DNA of 64,000 nucleotides, from assembly GCA_030295235.1 (NCBI GenBank), contig AP026167.1, forward strand, positions 806,001 to 870,000, written 5' to 3'. The notes under the pieces are model-generated. The model had not been told where the DNA came from. It searched no databases and saw only the letters and a program-made list of their open reading frames with translations. Below, one piece after another: positions 57,753 to 64,000 of this stretch. A program made the translations under genes and the position numbers. Position 1 is the first letter of the stretch. Every line of letters begins with the position of its first letter. Source of the stretch: Fistulifera solaris (lineage: Eukaryota).

Positions 57753-59759
57753 TCATTCGATCCCCTTCAAGCCATTGTCTCCTGATGACGATGGTTGGTC
57801 TCCATCGTTCTTGACTCGTTTCGTAACGGCAACCTTGTTGGCAGCAAGTAGTTGCAAATCCGTCAGCAACTGGTCGAATAAATCGATAGGAGGTGCATCG
57901 CGGTGACTATTATTTCTTTCACTAACACTCTTCTCGTCTTTATCTGTTCCGGGCGAACGCTGATGATCACCAAGGGAGGAACGTGAGGCGTCCTCGGCAG
58001 AGTTAGTGCGGAAACGCCCATGAATCATGTAATCGATGTGGCGACACTGCGCTTCGATACTATGAGGGAGTCGAGACTGTAGTTGTGTGGCCACATGTGT
58101 CGCTCGCGCCAGTAACTCCGCCGCTCGAGTCCATGCGGTTTCCATCAAAGCGGAAACGAAGGGATCAACGGATCCTATCGGATGGGACGCGAACGAAGTG
58201 GGTCGAGAGGAAGACTCTGAGAATAATGTCGTTACAACAATAGGACTTTTGGCAGGTAAAGAACGTTGTATTTGACGACAACGCTCCTTAAAAACTGACA
58301 CTTGCATTCCCCACCTTAATACAGCTCCCAAATGACCACGCATTCGCGTTACATGTTCATCCACGGATATTCGATCATTCGCGCTGACAATCGCCTTCCA
58401 CAATGGATCCGTGGCCAAAGTCTCCATGCGCTGCGTCCGAGCCACGGTCTCATCCGCCACTATTAATTCTGCGTTATCCAAGAACGAATTTTCGTATGCT
58501 TGAATGATTCGACTCGACAATGTTTGAATCCAATTTGTCTGCCGTGCTTTTCCCGAAGCTCGAAACACGTGAGAAGTCCCATTTCCAGTCACCAACTCAA
58601 ACGCAAACGGTGTTCGAAAGAGCGGTGCATAATCCGGCGAGGGTTCCAGCAGAAGCGCATGGGTCAGCCGTATGCGTCCATGTTTGGAATAGGAGAGTTT
58701 GTCGTGGCCGTTATCTATGCCGTACATGCGACTGATATACCACAAATAGTCATCGGTAATGACAGAAAAGCATTTACGCCACACGTTTGAGTCTTGGTGA
58801 GATTGTTTGAATAGATATCCGGCATATGCTTGTGCCTTGACTGTTGAATTGTATTGTTTATGAAAAATTTGCCTGCGTTTCTGCTGTTTGTTGACTTTGT
58901 GTGCAATAGCTGGATCAATATTGATTTGCGCTTCATTACGACTGGTTTGTTCGGAGACATTCTTATCCAACCAAGAAAATCGCTTTGTGACGATATCATC
59001 CATATTTGAAATCGAAGAGGAAGAGAGTGATTGATCATTGCTAAGATTTGTGTCATGAACTTCATTGTCTGTAGAAGCTCTATCTTGTGCGCCGTTACTG
59101 ATACGCTCTTCCTCGTCGTCGTCAAAACTGTCACTGTTACTGTGAGTAGAACGACAGTCACCTTCCTCGTCTTCCAGCGACGAACAATAACCATCCAGCT
59201 CCACACAATTAGGTATAAGACTTTCCTTGTCGTTGGAAGATGGGATAAAGAACCATTGCAGCTTGGGTGATATGATTGTTCTTGATACGGGGGCTTCCCT
59301 CTGTAGCTGTTTCAGCCTCGCCTCCATGCGCCGTTTTATTTCGAGCGGATCGTCCTCTGGGTGTAATGTTTTTACGACGTGATAAGGATCTGATTTCGGA
59401 TAAGGAGATACCGAGGGAGGCGTAGCAGCTATTGCAGTAGAGTTACTGTTCTGCTGTGTTTCTAATGAGTGAGACAGTCGCCTTTCTTGTTCGTGTTCGA
59501 ACTGAATGTAATCTCTCGGTAACGAATACAATGTCCCCACTAATACCAAATGATCACCAGACTCTGGTTGCGACATTTGAGTAGATCTTATTTTCAAAGT
59601 ATCTCGCAATAACTGAGTAACATCTTTCGCTTTTGCACCCGAATGAGATATCCGAATACCGGCAGAGGAGGTGATCAACTCTCTACGACTCTTTCGTTCG
59701 GAAGACGAGACCCACTGCTGCCAGTAGATCCGGTGTAACTCGCCTTTGCTGTTACTCAT
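57753..59759 (-). CDS. PH-domain protein
   Basis: 668-aa ORF; GYLFKQS..VWRKCF..FELVT..HVFRA..NWIQTL PH pattern. Confidence 0.8.
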   Translation of the reverse strand: MSNSKGELHRIYWQQWVSSSERKSRRELITSSAGIRISHSGAKAKDVTQLLRDTLKIRSTQMSQPESGDHLVLVGTLYSLPRDYIQFEHEQERRLSHSLETQQNSNSTAIAATPPSVSPYPKSDPYHVVKTLHPEDDPLEIKRRMEARLKQLQREAPVSRTIISPKLQWFFIPSSNDKESLIPNCVELDGYCSSLEDEEGDCRSTHSNSDSFDDDEEERISNGAQDRASTDNEVHDTNLSNDQSLSSSSISNMDDIVTKRFSWLDKNVSEQTSRNEAQINIDPAIAHKVNKQQKRRQIFHKQYNSTVKAQAYAGYLFKQSHQDSNVWRKCFSVITDDYLWYISRMYGIDNGHDKLSYSKHGRIRLTHALLLEPSPDYAPLFRTPFAFELVTGNGTSHVFRASGKARQTNWIQTLSSRIIQAYENSFLDNAELIVADETVARTQRMETLATDPLWKAIVSANDRISVDEHVTRMRGHLGAVLRWGMQVSVFKERCRQIQRSLPAKSPIVVTTLFSESSSRPTSFASHPIGSVDPFVSALMETAWTRAAELLARATHVATQLQSRLPHSIEAQCRHIDYMIHGRFRTNSAEDASRSSLGDHQRSPGTDKDEKSVSERNNSHRDAPPIDLFDQLLTDLQLLAANKVAVTKRVKNDGDQPSSSGDNGLKGIE

Positions 59760-60588
59760 AATCTTAAAAGAAAATGATCTTTGTAACCTTATTCCCGGTC
59801 AACAATAAACTATTACGAGAGTACTCCCCGGTATTGTTTTTTGTTGCGAATGCATGGAAAACAATACCAGGAAAAGGCAAAAATCCCATCGTGATTCGTG
59901 ACTCAAGGTAGTCGTGGTTAAGTTGACACGAAACTTATTCTTACGGTAAAAATGCAAGACAGCGATCCACGAATTATCGACGGATGTGATCGATAACAAT
60001 ATTGATGCTTACATTCATAACCTAGCGAAAGCCGTAATATCTTGACAATGAACTCCTATTCCTTCTGAAATAATTATGATGTTTGTGTCATGACTGAATG
60101 CAGTCGTGGGCATAGTCGAAATGCCCAACAACGATCCGCAAAGGAAAGGCTGCTCAAGCTCAAGGTACCGGTACTCCGTAGACCTCTATGATACATTTAG
60201 ATTCGAGATACGCACCCTATCAGGGTATGCAGCTTACTGAATGAACAGAAAGAAAGGAAAATAGTTGTACAGTCTGGCTAGGGAAAATCTTGATTTGGTT
60301 GGTTGCTCATGTGGAGAAGTAAAGCAGGCTGAGCAATGTTTTGTTTCGGAGTTACTCTTACTAACACCTGAGTATGTTGAGATGCGAAAGAGGACGGTTG
60401 TAGACGTATGCGATGATCGGATAAGTGTCATAGTGCCCCCATAGTCTAACGTCGCCAAATTTTACATTTCAGACAGAATACCAGCATTGCATTTGCAAAA
60501 GGTTTATTTTACAAGTTAATTAGCGTTTTTTTAGAAATTTGAATAGCGTTACAAAAATCAATCACGAAAGAAAGAGCTGCAGCAATAC

Positions 60589-61209
60589 TTAGCGTAACCT
60601 TTGTTTCACAGATCTTTCATTGTGTTCCACTTCGTGGAAACATCGTTTCTTATCATCAGACGAGTTAAAATTTTCTTCTTCGATCTGATATGCACGCTCG
60701 TAATCACGCTTTCCTTCCTCCAGCGCCAGATCAGACGCCCACTTGTCTAATTGCAAAGCGGCATCGGCGATTTGTTTCGCGGGCCATTTCCTCTTACTAG
60801 CTCCCACAATATAGCGTTTCGACCAAAACTTTCGTCTTTGTCGTTCGTAGCAGAATTTACCCTCTAGTCCTCGTGTTTCTTCCCCTAATGCCAGCATTGG
60901 ACGATTTTCTTGTCGAGTCGAAGTGAAACTCCAAAAGTAAGACGCCATGCGACGAGCCGCCTCTCGAAACTGCATCAGCTCATCGCGCGAGTACCAGCAA
61001 CTTTCATCAACATCCTTCAATTGTGAGGGATAGACTTGTACAATTGGTGCAAAAGATACTCTTCGGGGCTCGTCTATGGGAAGTGGGGATCCCATTGGGG
61101 AAAGAGAGACGACCGACCTATCGCTATCGAAGATATTGTCGACGCATTCCTTATCGATCGCCGTGGCCGGTAAACCATCTTCAATACCGTCCAGATCTAA
61201 ATGTTCCAT
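60589..61209 (-). CDS. Diatom-type RVxF..WYS..RGLE family protein
   Basis: RRVSFAPIVQV..CWYSRDEL..RGLE..ALEEG..D pattern. Confidence 0.75.
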   Translation of the reverse strand: MEHLDLDGIEDGLPATAIDKECVDNIFDSDRSVVSLSPMGSPLPIDEPRRVSFAPIVQVYPSQLKDVDESCWYSRDELMQFREAARRMASYFWSFTSTRQENRPMLALGEETRGLEGKFCYERQRRKFWSKRYIVGASKRKWPAKQIADAALQLDKWASDLALEEGKRDYERAYQIEEENFNSSDDKKRCFHEVEHNERSVKQRLR

Positions 61210-62186
61210 TGTAATGTTATTTGTTGCGTAAAGTAAATAATCAGAGATGCTCTCTTCTCATTGTTGCCTCTTTAGATGCGTAACGGAATTATTTGTGTTC
61301 GGTATCGTGTGTTGGTGTTGCGGTCGCTCTCGGTCTTTGTTGTTCGATTCAGTCCTTCACATTCGTCCATTTTATCCCGTGTTTCACCTGGCCACGTGTC
61401 GCGCGTCTCAAATCCTACTGATACATCTAGAGTAGAAAGAAGAATACCAGAATGAATAATGATTTATACGACCGGAATGGGAATTGAAATGCGGTAGGAA
61501 AATCCTGTTGAATTCTACAGAGAGTGTTCGGTTTTCTGTTGGGCCCGTATCACGTGGAAGTTCCGTCTTTCTTTCGAGAACGAAGCGCGGAAGGAAGCAC
61601 GGAACAAGCGGGATAACAAATGGAATTGCACTGGTCGTGCTACAGTGCTGGGTGCCGTATTTTGAAATTTCAGATAAATTTGCGGAGTTATTATGAATGC
61701 GGATAATCAACTCGTGACTGGTGGGACGTGAGACTCGCGAACAAGATCCGAAACCCAAAAGCTACCCTGGCAAAGGCGAGTAAGTTATGACTATGTATGA
61801 TGAATGATGAAGGTAACGGTATCTTCTCTCTCCCCATACCTGGTACCGGTGAATCCTAAAGTCTCGAGATGATGAAAAGTCTGACTGATTGCTGCTCGGT
61901 AACGGACGAATTAGGACGAAGTTATGCTGGCAATTGGCGACTGCAAAGTGATACGATGTAAGTGCATATTCAGGCCTAAGCACGAAAACGCAGCTTCACA
62001 AGTGCAAAATTGATAAGCATTATAGGAATCACAGCAGAATATGTTCATAGGGTTGACTTAGTAAGATGAGACCGACAAGATTTACAAAAGAACAAAATGT
62101 CTACGCGCTAAAATACAATATTATCAAAAACAATAGGTATCTCCCACGCCTGCGAATCAATAGCTTGGTATGCACATTGTGCACGA

Positions 62187-62681
62187 TCATGTCTCAATCC
62201 GCTGTCGTACGCAACGCTCGGGCTCATCTTGGCCGTCACGATCTCGTTTCTCATCAAGGTAGGCATAGTAAAACGCTCTAAATCCGGCTTCAGTTGCTTC
62301 TTTTATTGCACGGTGGCATATTTTATGAGCAAAAGCACCAAGTTTTTCACTGTCCAAGGTATTATCTGATTGTCGAAGCCTATTCGAAACGTGTACAATT
62401 AGACGATTCGAAAGAACTCGGTTGTGCTGGCGTTCAGAGAACGATCTAGTATCAAACGGATCCCATTCAGATCCTTGCCATTTCCGTGTCATAGATTGTC
62501 TTTTCAGAGATGATCGAAAGCTAATTAAGTCATCAGGCTGGTACCACATGCTCTTCTTCAAAGCATCAAAATCACCTTCCTCAAGCGTCTCCGAAGGGAC
62601 AAACACTATTGGTAAAGAGAAACGCACTTTAATCGAGTCGTTCTTTGTTCTTGTTTGCGGTGATTGGAAGGTTTTGCACAT
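62187..62681 (-). CDS. Diatom-type KVRF..WY family protein (paralog-like of 60589-61209)
   Basis: KVRFSLPIVFV..MWYQPDDLISFR; similar basic C-terminus (ER.V.QR). Confidence 0.7.
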   Translation of the reverse strand: MCKTFQSPQTRTKNDSIKVRFSLPIVFVPSETLEEGDFDALKKSMWYQPDDLISFRSSLKRQSMTRKWQGSEWDPFDTRSFSERQHNRVLSNRLIVHVSNRLRQSDNTLDSEKLGAFAHKICHRAIKEATEAGFRAFYYAYLDEKRDRDGQDEPERCVRQRIET

Positions 62682-63272
62682 AATCTTTTATCTAGAGGAC
62701 TGCAAATGCAAAGGATTGACGAAATGAATGAATACGATATATTTCTGGTCCGTTGTTCGTGATGCGTGTAACGCATAAAATTTAGAAGCGAAATGGAACT
62801 CGAAGACAGAAGAATTTTTTTTGTGTGCTTGTGACAGCTTTTGGAAATCCGAAGAACCTTCAAGATTCAGAAACTTCAAGTCGCGGGAGCATACTCTAGA
62901 CTTTTGAGTCGTTGAGTCAGGCGTCAGACGTCAGGCGCACATTTGCGTCGTGTGTGTGTTTGTCAGTTTGTTGTCAGCTATCAGTTCCCAACAGTTACAA
63001 TCAAACGGTCCGACCTTTAAGTCCAGTTTGTCCCGGGTCCCGAGTCCCAAAGATGGTCCGTTCTTTCGATTAACTGAAATGCATATCACTTCTAGCTTCT
63101 TGTTGCTTGGTAGCCACAGTCATGTCAACCGCTTTTTCTTCTCTTAATAAAGTTGTCGACTTGACTCGTAATTATCAGAGCTCGGAACAACTAATGTAAT
63201 GAGCTAATGTGGCATTCTGTAATTGACCGGGGAAACAACGACGCTAGTAGTTGCATTTATGTTACGTGATGT

Positions 63273-63863
63273 TTATTCGTTCTTTTTGCGGTTGATGACA
63301 GCAATTCGTAAGCCAGCAACTTTGTTTTCTTTGGCGGCCGTACGAATAGTGGATACAGCCTCGAACGCCTTCATTTCAGCGGTAACCTCCTGCATTTCAA
63401 TCGCGGGAGCAGGTTTGACAATGGGTTGAACAATACCCTTCAATTGAGGTGGAGCAGCATCTCCTTTCTTAAGCACAACCAATTTCTTCAAGTATTCTTC
63501 CAAGCGCGCAACATTGGCCGTCAAACTCTCCTCCGATTTGTTTCGGCGGCGCCAATCGATGGCGATTCCGATCGTTTGGGCGTAAGAAGGGTTTACCTTG
63601 ACAGCTTTTAGCTCCTCCAACGTGAATCCCTTTCCTAGACGAATCTTAGCCGAGTACTTTTGCGTTGGGCAATGCACAATCGGTCGCAATCGTTCCATCG
63701 GTGCCGGGGCAATTTTAGCGGCCTTGGCAGCACGCTTGACACGGCGTGCTTTCTTGCGAGTGGCCTGGTTCAAGCCGAGCTTGACTTTCAAAGGACCACG
63801 ACTGCTCTCGCAATACTTTTTCTTGCAGTGGATGTTGGGGATGATATTGTTGTGTTTCACCAT
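63273..63863 (-). CDS. RPL13: 60S ribosomal protein L13 (eL13)
   Basis: MVKHNN.IPN.H, LRPIVHCPTQKY, GKGFTLEELK, IGIAID.RRRNKSEES. Confidence 0.97.
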   Translation of the reverse strand: MVKHNNIIPNIHCKKKYCESSRGPLKVKLGLNQATRKKARRVKRAAKAAKIAPAPMERLRPIVHCPTQKYSAKIRLGKGFTLEELKAVKVNPSYAQTIGIAIDWRRRNKSEESLTANVARLEEYLKKLVVLKKGDAAPPQLKGIVQPIVKPAPAIEMQEVTAEMKAFEAVSTIRTAAKENKVAGLRIAVINRKKNE

Positions 63864-64000
63864 TTTAGCGTGTTAATGTGTTTACAAACTTAAGAAGAAA
63901 AGAAATCAAAATTGAGCACGTGAGAGAGGCAGGCGAGAGCGAAAAGTTATTTTTACGAAATATTTTCAAAGCTCTGGAAAAGCGCTCGGCTCAACCAATA

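Overview
Gene-dense eukaryotic nuclear DNA, almost certainly from a diatom. Evidence: GT-AG introns of about 80-150 nt, bipartite signal+transit peptides with an ASAFAP-like Phe, and diatom-type protein families. About 27 host genes are recognisable, including a TKL-like kinase, a kaptin-like protein, a GT10 fucosyltransferase, an ABC1 kinase, a hybrid histidine kinase, a CENP-N-like protein, MTFP1, a TYW3-TYW2 fusion, a CID protein, Nup50, an HMG/histone-fold protein, Hop2, SF3B6, a tRNA-binding protein and RPL13. Many genes are broken by 1-nt indels in homopolymers, probably long-read assembly errors. Accessory DNA: (1) a decayed LRR-like gene (~6990-20300) carrying two insertions, a ~950-bp non-coding element that folds extensively on the + strand and an 11.1-kb array of 2.6 near-identical 4.2-kb units flanked by an 8-bp target-site duplication; (2) a 5.85-kb Mutator-like transposon with perfect 130-bp TIRs encoding a transposase and a Ulp1 protease. 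Non-coding highlights: two plastid-targeted genes joined by an overlapping TAATG stop/start (candidate bicistron), two inverted arrays of a 33-34-bp hairpin repeat in neighbouring bidirectional promoters, and a recurrent GACTG-N4/5-CAGTC palindrome upstream of genes. All family assignments come from motif recognition by eye; no searches or folding programs were run.
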